The notes: generated from the sequence alone by a model not told the origin. A DNA stretch of 64,000 nt from an uncultured Gemmatimonadaceae bacterium (GCA_964598655.1 CAZRCT010000003.1:49006-113005), one strand, 5' to 3'. Counted from the stretch's first letter, positions 44,855 through 54,235 are shown. Made by a program: numbers and translations.

Positions 44855-46180
44855 TCAGGCTACTTCGCGCGCCCCCTCCACCGCCCGGGAACCGCAAGAG
44901 AGACCGATCTTTTCCATGAAGGCCTTGGGGGGCGTTCCGCCCGCGAACACCCACACCAGGTCGTTGGGGAGTTCCCGCTGCCCGCCCTGGACGCCGAGCA
45001 CCACGGAGGCCGGCCGGATCTCGAGTGGCTGAGAGTTGAACACCACCTGCAGCTTCCCCTTCCGCATGTACTCCCGGACCCGCTTGTCGTTCCGGTCCTT
45101 GAGGCGCATGAAGACGTCCTTGCGATAGGAGAGCGTCACCTTGTTGCCGGGCTGGTTGGCCAGGCCCATGGCCGCCTCCACGGCGCTGTCGCCCCCGCCC
45201 ACCACGAGGATGCGCTTGCCCTGGTACGAGGCGGCATCGAGGAGGCTGTACATGACCTTGGGCAGTTCCTCCCCGGGCACGTCGAGCTTGCGGGGGCTCC
45301 CCCGCCGGCCGATCGCGAGGACGACGCTGAGGGCGCGGTAGCGGCCCTGCGCGGTCTCCACGGTGAACGCCCCGTCCGGTTCCTGCTGGATGTTCTCCAC
45401 GCGCTCACGGGTGCGCACCCGGAGGCCGGCCTTCTTCACCGCCTTGCCCCAGAACTCGAGCAGGTCCTCCTTGGACAGCTCGAGCTTCCTGAACGCCCCG
45501 TGGGTGGGGAATTCCACCGGACTGGTGAGCACCAGCTTCTGCCGCGGGTACTTGGCAACGGTCCCGCCCAGTTCCTCGGCCTCGAGCATCACGTAACTCA
45601 GGCCGCGTTCCACGGCGCGCAGGCCCGCACTGAGGCCCGCCGGACCAGCCCCGACGATGCAGACGTCCACGACCTCGCCGATGCGGCGCGCGCGGAGCTT
45701 GCCCACCCGCGCGGCGATCCGGTCGATGGTGTCGCGCCCCTGGTTCACGGCGTTCTTGATGAGCGCCAGCCCCGTCAGCTCGCCAACCACGAAGAGATTC
45801 GGGATGTCGGTCTCGAGATCGGGCGTGAGCGCCGGGAGATCCGCATTGATGCTGGGGGGCGCCATCACGATCTCGATGGCCCCCACGGGGCAGGCCTCGG
45901 CGCACAGCCCGTGGCCGATGCACTTCTGCGGTTGCGCCAGCGCCGCCTTCCCGCCGATCACCGCCAGCACCCCGCTCTCGGGACACGCCTCAACGCAGGA
46001 GCCGCACCCGATGCAGTGGGTCAGGTCGATGCGCGGGTGCTGGGCCATCGCCGTGGCGCCGCCATGGGCCTTGGCCGCCTGCCGCGCCGAGGCTTCCCGG
46101 CGCCGGTGGCTGGTGACCTGCAGCACAACGGCGAGCACGGTGACGAGGGCGAGGATGAGGTACATGAATCCGCCGTTCAT
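44855..46180 (-). CDS. Membrane-anchored ferredoxin-domain NAD(P)/FAD-dependent oxidoreductase
   Basis: The track ORF runs to 46303. The likely start is the ATG at 46180 or 46165 (MNGGFMYLILALVTVLAVVL). It has two 4Fe-4S motifs (CIGCGSCVEACP, CIGHGLCAEACP), a GxGxxG (CIVGAGPAGLSAG) and a second dinucleotide site (ILVVGGGDSAVEAA). Confidence 0.85.
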   Translation of the reverse strand: MNGGFMYLILALVTVLAVVLQVTSHRRREASARQAAKAHGGATAMAQHPRIDLTHCIGCGSCVEACPESGVLAVIGGKAALAQPQKCIGHGLCAEACPVGAIEIVMAPPSINADLPALTPDLETDIPNLFVVGELTGLALIKNAVNQGRDTIDRIAARVGKLRARRIGEVVDVCIVGAGPAGLSAGLRAVERGLSYVMLEAEELGGTVAKYPRQKLVLTSPVEFPTHGAFRKLELSKEDLLEFWGKAVKKAGLRVRTRERVENIQQEPDGAFTVETAQGRYRALSVVLAIGRRGSPRKLDVPGEELPKVMYSLLDAASYQGKRILVVGGGDSAVEAAMGLANQPGNKVTLSYRKDVFMRLKDRNDKRVREYMRKGKLQVVFNSQPLEIRPASVVLGVQGGQRELPNDLVWVFAGGTPPKAFMEKIGLSCGSRAVEGAREVA

Positions 46181-46408
46181 GAATGACTGACGAGGTGTGG
46201 CGAACGATTCGTTACAGCTGCAATGCGGTGTCGCAATTCGAAGGAGTGGTCCCGCGAAGACCACGCTGGATACAGCCTGCTTCCACAGGGACTTAGGGCC
46301 CAATCACACCCCGGATGGCGTGTGTGCGATTCTTGCTGTGGCAGGGTGCGTGCCCGTTCACAATCCAAGTCCTCGTCGGAACGCCCTCACCGGGCGTCGC
46401 ATCATGCC

Positions 46409-47377
46409 ATGACAACCCTTCGCGTTTTGCCCGCCTCAGAGCGTACGTCCGGCTCGATGCCCGCGCCCGGATCATCGGCGCCGGGGCCACGGCGCACCGG
46501 CAGTGCATCTGCGCAGCCCGAGCGGCGCCCGCCGATCGTGGCGCTGGTCGTGCTCCTGCTCCTGGCGGGGAGCGCCCTGGGTTCAGAGTACTACCTCGCG
46601 TCGCCGGGCGAGCGGGTCCGCTCGCCCCTGCACGCCTGGCTCCGCCCCTCCGGGTACGTGGGCCAGAGCATGGGCATCCTCGCGCTCCTGGCCTTTGCGC
46701 TGCTGTGGCTCTATCCCCTCCGCAAGAAGTACCGCTGGCTGGCCTGGACCGGGGCCATGGCGAAGTGGCTCGACGTGCACGTGGGCGTGGCGCTCGTCGT
46801 GCCGGTGCTGGTGGCGGTGCACGCCAGCTGGCGGTTCGAGGGGATCATCGGGCTCGGGTATGCCTCGATGCTGATCGTCTGCGCCAGCGGCGTGGTGGGC
46901 CGCTACCTGTACGTCCGCATCCCGCGCAGCGCCAGCGGCCTCGAGCTCACGGCGGAGGAGATGGCCAACCAGCGGCGCGAGCTGGTGGCCAAGATCGCCG
47001 ATGCCTCGCGCCTCCCGATCGCGCAGGTGGAGTCGCTGCTCCGCTCCGACCCGGCACCGTGCGAGGGCCTCGGCCTCGGCGCCACCCTGGTGCGGATGGC
47101 CAAGGACGACCTCGACCGCTGGCGCGCCGCCCGGTCCCTGCGCCGGCTCTGCGCCGGCCAGGGGGCCGCAAAGCTCGACCGGGCGACGCTCCGGAAGGTG
47201 CTCCGCCTGGCCCGGAGCGAGATGGCGCTCACCCAGCAGGCCCGCATGCTGGCCGCCACGCAGCGGGTGTTCCGCTTCTGGCACGTGGCGCACCGGCCCT
47301 TTGCCATCACGGCGCTCGTGGCGGTCGCGATCCACGTGGGGGTGGCGGTGGCCATGGGGATGACGTGGTTCTGGTGA
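46409..47377 (+). CDS. Polytopic membrane protein with conserved His in TM helices (function unknown)
   Basis: The ATG at 46409 is in frame within track ORF 46223-47377. 322 aa with about 5 hydrophobic helices (LDVHVGVALVVPVLVAVHASW; WHVAHRPFAITALVAVAIHVG) and a helical soluble insert of about 110 aa. Confidence 0.65.
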   Translation: MTTLRVLPASERTSGSMPAPGSSAPGPRRTGSASAQPERRPPIVALVVLLLLAGSALGSEYYLASPGERVRSPLHAWLRPSGYVGQSMGILALLAFALLWLYPLRKKYRWLAWTGAMAKWLDVHVGVALVVPVLVAVHASWRFEGIIGLGYASMLIVCASGVVGRYLYVRIPRSASGLELTAEEMANQRRELVAKIADASRLPIAQVESLLRSDPAPCEGLGLGATLVRMAKDDLDRWRAARSLRRLCAGQGAAKLDRATLRKVLRLARSEMALTQQARMLAATQRVFRFWHVAHRPFAITALVAVAIHVGVAVAMGMTWFW

Positions 47378-49392
47378 GTCCCCTGCGGGCGCTCGCCCTC
47401 GTCCTGCTGCTGGCGCTGGCCGGCGGGCAACGCCTCGGGGCGCAGATCTCCCCGGGGCCGCTGGCGCGGGCGCACCAGTCGGTGGAGGGGAACAGCAACT
47501 GCACCAAGTGCCACGGCGGCGGCAACGAGGGAATGGCCGCGCGCTGCCTGGGCTGCCACAAGGAGATGGGGTGGCTGGTGGCCCGGGGCCGGGGGCTGCA
47601 CGGTCGGCCGGGCGTGAAGGGGGAGCCCTGCGCCTCCTGTCATCCCGACCATGCCGGGCGCGAGTTCGCGATGGTGACGTGGAAGGCCGGGAGCGAAGAT
47701 CGCTTCGATCACCGGGAGACGGGCTGGGCCCTCAAGCAGTCGCATGCGACGGCGAAGTGCGCCGACTGCCACACGGCCAAGTTCCAGGTCTCGCCGGCGC
47801 GGACCCTCGGGCCGGCGGGCCGGCCGACCAAGTGGACCGGGCTCGAGGCCGGCTGCACGGGGTGCCACGAGGACGTCCATCGCGGGGCCCTTGGCGCGGA
47901 CTGCGGCAAGTGCCACGACCTCGGCAAGTGGGAGGTCACGCCGGGCTTCAGCCACGATTCCACCCGCTACCCGCTCACCGGCAAGCACGTCACCACCGCG
48001 TGCGACAAGTGCCACACGGCCGAGCGGCTGCACCCGACGCGGGATGCCGCGGGCCGCCTGGTGCCGGTCTACAAGCCCGTCAGCTCCACAAGCTGCGCGG
48101 ACTGCCACCAGGACGTGCACGCCGGCCGCCTGGGCCCCGACTGCGCCAAGTGCCACCAGACCACGTCCTTCCGGACCATCGACCGCGCCAACTTCGACCA
48201 CGAGAAGACCAGCTACCCGCTGCGCGGCAAGCACGCCGCCGTGCGCTGCGCCGACTGCCACGGCACCTTCGCCACGGCCCTGCAGAAGAAGCCGGCCTTC
48301 AAGCGCTGCGGTGACTGCCATGCCGACCAGCACGGCGGCACGGCCACCCTGGCCGGGAAGCCCGCCGACTGTGACGCCTGCCACGCGCTGCAGGGCTTCA
48401 CCCCGGCCACCTTCCGGGTGCAGGACCACGCCGCCACGCGGTACCCCCTCGAGGGCAAGCATGCGGCGGTGACCTGCGCCAAGTGTCACGGCAAGGACGC
48501 CACCGCCGGCGCCGCCACGCGGCTCGGGCCCTCCCGGGTGGTGATCCGGCCGGCGTTTGCCACCTGCCAGGGCTGCCACGCGGACGCGCACGGGGGCCAG
48601 CTGGCGCGCACGCCGGGCGCCGGCGCCTGCGCCGACTGCCACAAGGTGAGCGGCTGGACACCGAGCACCGTGGACGCCGCGGCCCACGCCCGGGCCGGTT
48701 TCCCGCTCGAGGGCGAGCACGCCACCGCCACCTGCCGGAGCTGCCACGGCGTGGAGCGGACGGGCCTCCCGCCCTTTGCGGCCACCCCGGCCCCGGGCAC
48801 CGCGAAGTTCCGCTTTGCGCTGGCGGAGAAGGACTGCGCGAGCTGCCATGTGGACCCGCACGCCGGCCGCTTCGCCGCCGGCGGGGCGCGCGCCAAGGCG
48901 GCGGGGTGCGCGGCGTGCCACGACGCCCGGCGGTTCCGGCCCTCGACCGCCGGCATCACGCAGCACGCCGACTACGGCTTCCCGCTGGAGGGGGCGCATG
49001 GGGCCACGCCGTGCGTGGCCTGCCACAAGGAACTGGGCGCCCCGGGCCCGCGGCCCGCCTCGAGCCTGGTGAAGGCCGGCGGCCGCTTCCCCGCGCTCAG
49101 CTTCGAGGCCAAGCGGGAGTGCGCCGCCTGCCACGAGAACGTGCACGGGACGCAGTTCGCCGACCTGCGGGACGGGGGCCGGTGCGAGAGCTGCCACGGC
49201 ACGGAGCGGTTTGTCCCGGCCTCGAGGTTCGACCACGACAAGACCACGAGCTTCCCGCTGCGCGGGGGGCACGAAGGCGTGGCCTGCAATCGCTGTCATC
49301 CGACGGACCTCGCCAGCCGGGTCCCCGGCCGCCTCATCTGGCGGCCGGTCTCCGGCAAGTGCGAGAGCTGCCACAAGGAGGTGAAGCCATGA
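47374..49392 (+). CDS. Multiheme c-type cytochrome (23 CxxCH), c7-like repeat architecture
   Basis: The GTG at 47374 overlaps the upstream stop (GTGA). Signal peptide LRALALVLLLALAGGQRLGAQ. 672 aa with repeats of F.H....[YF]PL.G.H....C..CH. Confidence 0.9.
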   Translation: MSPLRALALVLLLALAGGQRLGAQISPGPLARAHQSVEGNSNCTKCHGGGNEGMAARCLGCHKEMGWLVARGRGLHGRPGVKGEPCASCHPDHAGREFAMVTWKAGSEDRFDHRETGWALKQSHATAKCADCHTAKFQVSPARTLGPAGRPTKWTGLEAGCTGCHEDVHRGALGADCGKCHDLGKWEVTPGFSHDSTRYPLTGKHVTTACDKCHTAERLHPTRDAAGRLVPVYKPVSSTSCADCHQDVHAGRLGPDCAKCHQTTSFRTIDRANFDHEKTSYPLRGKHAAVRCADCHGTFATALQKKPAFKRCGDCHADQHGGTATLAGKPADCDACHALQGFTPATFRVQDHAATRYPLEGKHAAVTCAKCHGKDATAGAATRLGPSRVVIRPAFATCQGCHADAHGGQLARTPGAGACADCHKVSGWTPSTVDAAAHARAGFPLEGEHATATCRSCHGVERTGLPPFAATPAPGTAKFRFALAEKDCASCHVDPHAGRFAAGGARAKAAGCAACHDARRFRPSTAGITQHADYGFPLEGAHGATPCVACHKELGAPGPRPASSLVKAGGRFPALSFEAKRECAACHENVHGTQFADLRDGGRCESCHGTERFVPASRFDHDKTTSFPLRGGHEGVACNRCHPTDLASRVPGRLIWRPVSGKCESCHKEVKP

Positions 49393-50633
49393 TGCGCATC
49401 CTGACCGTCCTCAGCCTGCTCCTCCTGGCCGCGCCGCTCGCGGCGCAGGAGCGCACGGCCTCGCCCCACGGCAAGCTCAGCGTGGAATGCGCGGCCTGCC
49501 ACCGCCCGGAGGCGTGGAGCCCGCTCAAGGCGCGGCTCCAGTTCAGCCACGCGGCCACCGGCTTCCCGCTCGAGGCGGCGCACGCCACGGCGGAGTGCCG
49601 GACCTGCCACGCGGCCCTCGACTTCCAGGGCGCGCCGAACAACTGCGCCACCTGCCACCAGGACACCCACCGGGGCGAACTGGGCCCCGACTGCGGCAGC
49701 TGCCACACCGAGCGCAGCTTCCTGGACCAGGCCAAGATGCAGCGGGCGCACGACCAGACGCGCTTCACGCTCACCGGCGCGCATCGCGCCGTGGACTGCG
49801 TGGCCTGCCACCAGCCCTCGGCGCAGGGCGGGCTCCAGTTCGTGGGCCAGTCGCCCGAGTGCCTGAGCTGCCACCAGCCGCAGTACGCCGCGGCGAAGAA
49901 TCCCGACCACGTCCAGGGCGGGCTGCCCGAGAACTGCGAGCAGTGCCACTCCAGCACCGAGTGGGACCGCGGCCGCTTCAACCACGACGAGGGGCCCTTC
50001 CCGCTCACGGGCGCCCACCGCGCCGTGCGCTGCGTGGATTGCCACACCACGAGCCATTACAGTGATGCGCCCACCCAGTGCGCGGGCTGCCACCAGGCCG
50101 ACTACGACAACACCACCACGCCGAACCACGCCGGCGCGTCCTTCCCCACCACCTGCGTGGACTGCCACGGCACCACCTCGTGGGACGGCGCCGCCTTCAA
50201 CCACGACCTGAGCGGCTTCAAGCTGACCGGCGCGCACCGCAGCACGCCCTGCGACCAGTGCCACGTGAACAACCAGTACACGGGCACGCCCTCGACCTGC
50301 CTGGCCTGCCACCAGGCGGACTACGACAACACGAGCAACCCGAACCACCTCGCGGCGAACTTCCCGACCGACTGCGCCAGCTGCCACACCACGCAGCAGT
50401 GGCTCGGGGCCACGTTCGACCACGACGCGTCGTTCTTCAAGATCTACAGCGGGCACCACCGTGGTGAATGGGCCACGTGCGCCGAGTGCCACCAGACGCC
50501 CACGAACTTCGCCGACTTCACCTGCCTCAGCTGCCACGAGCACAGCCAGACCAAGATGGACAGCGAGCACCGGGGGAAGAACGGCTATTCCTACGTCAGC
50601 TCGGAGTGCCTGCGATGCCATCCGCGCGCCTGA
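49389..50633 (+). CDS. Multiheme c-type cytochrome (16 CxxCH)
   Basis: The ATG at 49389 makes an ATGA overlap. Signal peptide MMRILTVLSLLLLAAPLAAQ. 414 aa with the same F.H...F.L.G.H....C..CH repeat. Confidence 0.9.
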   Translation: MMRILTVLSLLLLAAPLAAQERTASPHGKLSVECAACHRPEAWSPLKARLQFSHAATGFPLEAAHATAECRTCHAALDFQGAPNNCATCHQDTHRGELGPDCGSCHTERSFLDQAKMQRAHDQTRFTLTGAHRAVDCVACHQPSAQGGLQFVGQSPECLSCHQPQYAAAKNPDHVQGGLPENCEQCHSSTEWDRGRFNHDEGPFPLTGAHRAVRCVDCHTTSHYSDAPTQCAGCHQADYDNTTTPNHAGASFPTTCVDCHGTTSWDGAAFNHDLSGFKLTGAHRSTPCDQCHVNNQYTGTPSTCLACHQADYDNTSNPNHLAANFPTDCASCHTTQQWLGATFDHDASFFKIYSGHHRGEWATCAECHQTPTNFADFTCLSCHEHSQTKMDSEHRGKNGYSYVSSECLRCHPRA

Positions 50634-52189
50634 TCCGCCGCGGCCTCCAGGCCGCGCTGCTCTGCCTCGGCCTCGCGGCGCCGCTGGCCGCGCAGGACTC
50701 GACCGCCACCCGAACCGCGGCGGTCACCTACCTCGCCGGGAGCTCGGTGTACGTCGGGGCCGGCCGCGAGGCCGGCGTTGCCGAGGGCTCGCTCCTCACG
50801 GTGTTCCGCGGCGCGGCGACCATCGCCACGCTCAAGGTCACCTTCCTCTCGTCCCGCCAGGCCTCGTGCGAGGTGGTCTCGGCCACGGGCGAGATCCAGG
50901 TGGGCGACAGCGTCCGCTATGTGCCCTCGGCGGCCACGGCGGTCGTCGCGGCGGGCCCCGCCGTGCGCCGGCCCCGCGCCTTCCGCGGGCCGGGCCTCCA
51001 TGGCCGCGTCGGCGCCCGCTACCTCGTGGCGAGCGAGGACCCGGGCAACGTCGGCTTCACGCAGCCCTCGGCGGACCTCCGCCTCATGGGCCAGGACCTG
51101 TGGGGCACGCCGCTCGGGCTGGCCTTCGACCTGCGCACCCGGCGCACCACGCGCGACCGGAGCACCGGCCCCGCCACCGTGGATGGCCGCACCCGCGTGT
51201 ACCAGGCCGCCCTCCTCTGGCACAGCCCGGGGGCGCCGTTCCGGATGGGGATCGGCCGCCAGTACCTCGGCGCCGTCACGTCGGTGAGCCTGTTCGACGG
51301 CGTCCTCACCGAGTTCAACGGCCGTCACGTCACCGGCGCCGTCTTCGGCGGGGTGGAGCCCGAACCGCTCAAGCTCGGCTTCTCCTCCGACGTGCGCGAC
51401 GTGGGCGGCTACGTGCAGTTCCACAGCGCCCCCATGGGCGTGAACCGCTGGCAGCTCACCACGGGCGTGGTGGGGTCCTACCAGGGCGGGCGGTCCAACC
51501 GGGAGTTCGCCTTCGGGCAGGCCAGCCTGAGCACGCGGGCCGTTTCGCTCAGCGCCCTGCAGGAGGTGGACTACTACCGCCCCTGGAAGACCGAGCAGGG
51601 GGAAAGCTCGCTCTCCCCCACCAGCACCTACCTGTCGGGCGTCCTGCGCGCGGCGTCGTGGCTCTCCTTCCGCGGCAGCTACGACACCCGCCGGCGCGTG
51701 CGGCTCTATCGCGACGCCGTGGACCCGGCCACCGCCTTCGACGACAGCTACCGCAAGGGCGGCATGGTGGGCCTCACGCTCGGCAGCCGCCGGGTCCGGC
51801 TCTCGGGGGACTACCACCGCTCCTCCGGCGTCACCAACGGCGTGGCCAATGCCTACACCACCGCGCTCGCCTTCAACCGGATGTGGCCCTTCCACTGGGA
51901 CGTGGGGCTCCGGGCCACCTGGTTCGACAACGCGCTCACCTCCGGCCACCTCGAGACCCTGCGGGTGGGGATGAACCCGACGCCGTCGCTGCACCTGGAC
52001 TGGAGTCTCGGTGGCCGCACCGACACCGATCCGCTGGCCAACCCGCAGGATCGGCGTGTAACTTGGTACGGTCTGGACGCCGACCTCGGCATCGGGCGCT
52101 CCTGGTATCTCGGCCTCTCCGGCCAGCGCGAGAGCGGCATGGGCATCACGAGCACCCTGTTCCACTCCAGCCTCACCTGGCGCTTCTAG
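50615..52189 (+). CDS. Putative outer-membrane beta-barrel protein
   Basis: The ATG at 50615 overlaps the upstream gene by 19 nt. Signal peptide ...LCLGLAAPLAAQ. 524 aa with alternating beta pattern and a C-terminus ...HSSLTWRF (terminal Phe, typical of outer-membrane proteins). Confidence 0.7.
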   Translation: MPSARLIRRGLQAALLCLGLAAPLAAQDSTATRTAAVTYLAGSSVYVGAGREAGVAEGSLLTVFRGAATIATLKVTFLSSRQASCEVVSATGEIQVGDSVRYVPSAATAVVAAGPAVRRPRAFRGPGLHGRVGARYLVASEDPGNVGFTQPSADLRLMGQDLWGTPLGLAFDLRTRRTTRDRSTGPATVDGRTRVYQAALLWHSPGAPFRMGIGRQYLGAVTSVSLFDGVLTEFNGRHVTGAVFGGVEPEPLKLGFSSDVRDVGGYVQFHSAPMGVNRWQLTTGVVGSYQGGRSNREFAFGQASLSTRAVSLSALQEVDYYRPWKTEQGESSLSPTSTYLSGVLRAASWLSFRGSYDTRRRVRLYRDAVDPATAFDDSYRKGGMVGLTLGSRRVRLSGDYHRSSGVTNGVANAYTTALAFNRMWPFHWDVGLRATWFDNALTSGHLETLRVGMNPTPSLHLDWSLGGRTDTDPLANPQDRRVTWYGLDADLGIGRSWYLGLSGQRESGMGITSTLFHSSLTWRF

Positions 52190-52200
52190 CGCGGAGCCCC

Positions 52201-52599
52201 ATGGCCGACACGCCCGAGAAGAAACCCGACGCGCTCTGGATCGAGTCGGTGTACCGGCCCGGCTACAAGGTGGCCCGGTCCACCCTCAAGACCCTGGGCC
52301 GCATCCTGAACGGCCCGGCGGCGGACGCCGCGGCGCCCCCCGTGGCCGAACCCACCGCCCCCGGCGAGAATGCCGTGGCGCTCACGCAGGTGCCGGCGCT
52401 CAATGAGGTGGGGGGCGTGGCCAAGGTGGAGACGCCGGACCACACCACGATCGGCGTGGCCCGCGTGGGGCGCACCAGCTTCGTGGGCTTCCGGCTGGAT
52501 CACGAACAGCTGGCCGAGGTGGAGGTGCAGTTCGACGAGGCCAACGGCACGCTGCGGATCAGCGGCGAGGCCACCCCGCCCGAGCCGCCCGCCGCCTGA
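52201..52599 (+). CDS. Hypothetical protein (last gene of the second cytochrome cluster)
   Basis: The ATG at 52201 is 11 nt after the barrel gene stop. 132 aa. No family recognised. Confidence 0.5.
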   Translation: MADTPEKKPDALWIESVYRPGYKVARSTLKTLGRILNGPAADAAAPPVAEPTAPGENAVALTQVPALNEVGGVAKVETPDHTTIGVARVGRTSFVGFRLDHEQLAEVEVQFDEANGTLRISGEATPPEPPAA

Positions 52600-52618
52600 C
52601 GTCCCTCCGCCGCGTCCC

Positions 52619-52650
52619 CGACGGCCCGCCCTCTCCTGGGCGGGCCGTCG
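52619..52650 (+). terminator. Hairpin after the second cytochrome cluster
   Basis: CGACGGCCCGCC-ctctcctg-GGCGGGCCGTCG: a 12-bp perfect stem between convergent genes. Confidence 0.55.
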
Positions 52651-52743
52651 CGCGTTCAGGCCACCGGGGCGCTCGCGCGCATGGCGGCAGGCGTCGCGGG
52701 CGGGCGGGGGTGGCCGGCGGGGGCGCTGGGGAGCGCGCCGGCC

Positions 52744-54228
52744 TCAGCTGCCGGGCTCACGCGCCCAGGCCAGCGCCGCGCGGATGGCGCGTCGCCAGGC
52801 CACCCAGCCCGAGTCCCGGGTGGCGGGATCCATGGCGGGGGTGAAGCGCCGGAAGCGGCGGCCGGCGAGGAACCCGGTCACGTCGGGCCAGACGCCGAGG
52901 GCGAGGCCGGCCAGGCCCGCCGCGCCGAGGGCGGTGGTCTCGACGTTGTCGGGCCGCTCCACGGGCAGGTCCAGGATGTCGGCCTGGAACTGCATCAGCC
53001 AGTCATTGGCGGCGGCGCCCCCATCCACCCGCAGCGCGGGCACGGCAAAGCCGCTGCCGGCGGTCATCACGGCCAGCAGCTCCGCGCTCGAGTAGGCCAT
53101 GGCCTCGAGCGCGGCCCGGACCAGGTGGGCCCGGGTGGTGCCGCGGGTGAGGCCGACGATCGTGCCCCGCGCCTCGCTTTCCCAGTAGGGCGAGCCGAGC
53201 CCCACGAACGCGGGCACGAAGGCCACGCCGCCCGTGTCGGGGACGCTGCGCGCCAGGGCCTCCGAGTCGGCGGCCTGGGCCAGGATGCCGAGGCCGTCGC
53301 GCAGCCACTGCATCACCGCCCCCGCGATGAATACGCTGCCCTCGAGCGCATACGCCGGTTCGCCCCGGGGGCCCGCCGCGGCGGTGGCGAGGAGGCCGGG
53401 CCGGGGAGCCACCAGTTGCTGGCCGGTGTGGGTGAGGAGGAAGGCGCCGGTGCCGTAGGTGTTCTTGGCCTGGCCCGCCGTCACGCACCCCTGCCCGAAG
53501 AGCGCCGCCTGCTGGTCCCCGGCGACGCCGGCGATCGGCAGGCTCGCGCCCAGGTGCTCGCGGTCCGTGAGCGCCACCACGCCGCTCGAAGGCACGATGG
53601 CCGGCAGCACTTCCCGGGGCACGCCGAACAGCTCGAGCAGCGCCGGATCCCACTCGCGCCGCTCCAGGTTGTAGAGCAGGGTCCGGGACGCGTTGGTGTG
53701 GTCGGTCACGTGCGCGCGCCCGCCGGTGAGGCGCGCGATGATCCAGCTGTCCACCGTCCCCGCCGCGAGCTCCCCGCGCCCCGCACGAGCGCGGAGCCCG
53801 GCGTCCCGCAGGAGCCACTCGAGCTTGGTGGCGGAGAAATAGGGATCGAGCAGGAGGCCGGTGGCGGCGCGGACCTGGCGCAGGTGGCCCGCCGCCTCGA
53901 GCGCCCGGCAGCGCTCGGCGGTGCGCCGGTCCTGCCACACGAGGGCCCGCGCCACCGGCGCCAGGGTGCGCCGGTCCCACAGGACGATGGTCTCGCGCTG
54001 GTTGGTGAGGCCGATGCCCTGCGGCAGCTCGCCGGCCTGGCGGATCGCATCGGCGGCGGCCTCGACCGTGAGAAGGAACAGCTCGTCGGGATCGTGCTCC
54101 ACCCACCCGGGCGCGGGGAAGTGCTGGGTGATCTCGCGATAGCCCCGGCCCAGCACCCGGCCGTCGGCGTGGACGACGAGCGCGGTGGACCCGGTAGTGC
54201 CCTGGTCGAGCGCGAGGATCGACGACAT
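52744..54228 (-). CDS. glpK: Glycerol kinase
   Basis: 494 aa of the FGGY family. Motifs: ILALDQGTTGSTALV, HFPAPGWVEHDP, NQRETIVLWD. Confidence 0.93.
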   Translation of the reverse strand: MSSILALDQGTTGSTALVVHADGRVLGRGYREITQHFPAPGWVEHDPDELFLLTVEAAADAIRQAGELPQGIGLTNQRETIVLWDRRTLAPVARALVWQDRRTAERCRALEAAGHLRQVRAATGLLLDPYFSATKLEWLLRDAGLRARAGRGELAAGTVDSWIIARLTGGRAHVTDHTNASRTLLYNLERREWDPALLELFGVPREVLPAIVPSSGVVALTDREHLGASLPIAGVAGDQQAALFGQGCVTAGQAKNTYGTGAFLLTHTGQQLVAPRPGLLATAAAGPRGEPAYALEGSVFIAGAVMQWLRDGLGILAQAADSEALARSVPDTGGVAFVPAFVGLGSPYWESEARGTIVGLTRGTTRAHLVRAALEAMAYSSAELLAVMTAGSGFAVPALRVDGGAAANDWLMQFQADILDLPVERPDNVETTALGAAGLAGLALGVWPDVTGFLAGRRFRRFTPAMDPATRDSGWVAWRRAIRAALAWAREPGS

Positions 54229-54235
54229 GGGCCGC

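Noticed and set aside
46338-46353. Shared 9-mer GCAGGGTGC between the two sigma-54-like candidates (7746-7762 reverse strand, 46339-46353 plus strand) as a common regulatory motif
   Set aside because: The 9-mer sits in a different register relative to the GG/GC dinucleotides at the two sites. It is G/C-rich enough to recur by chance in this genome.
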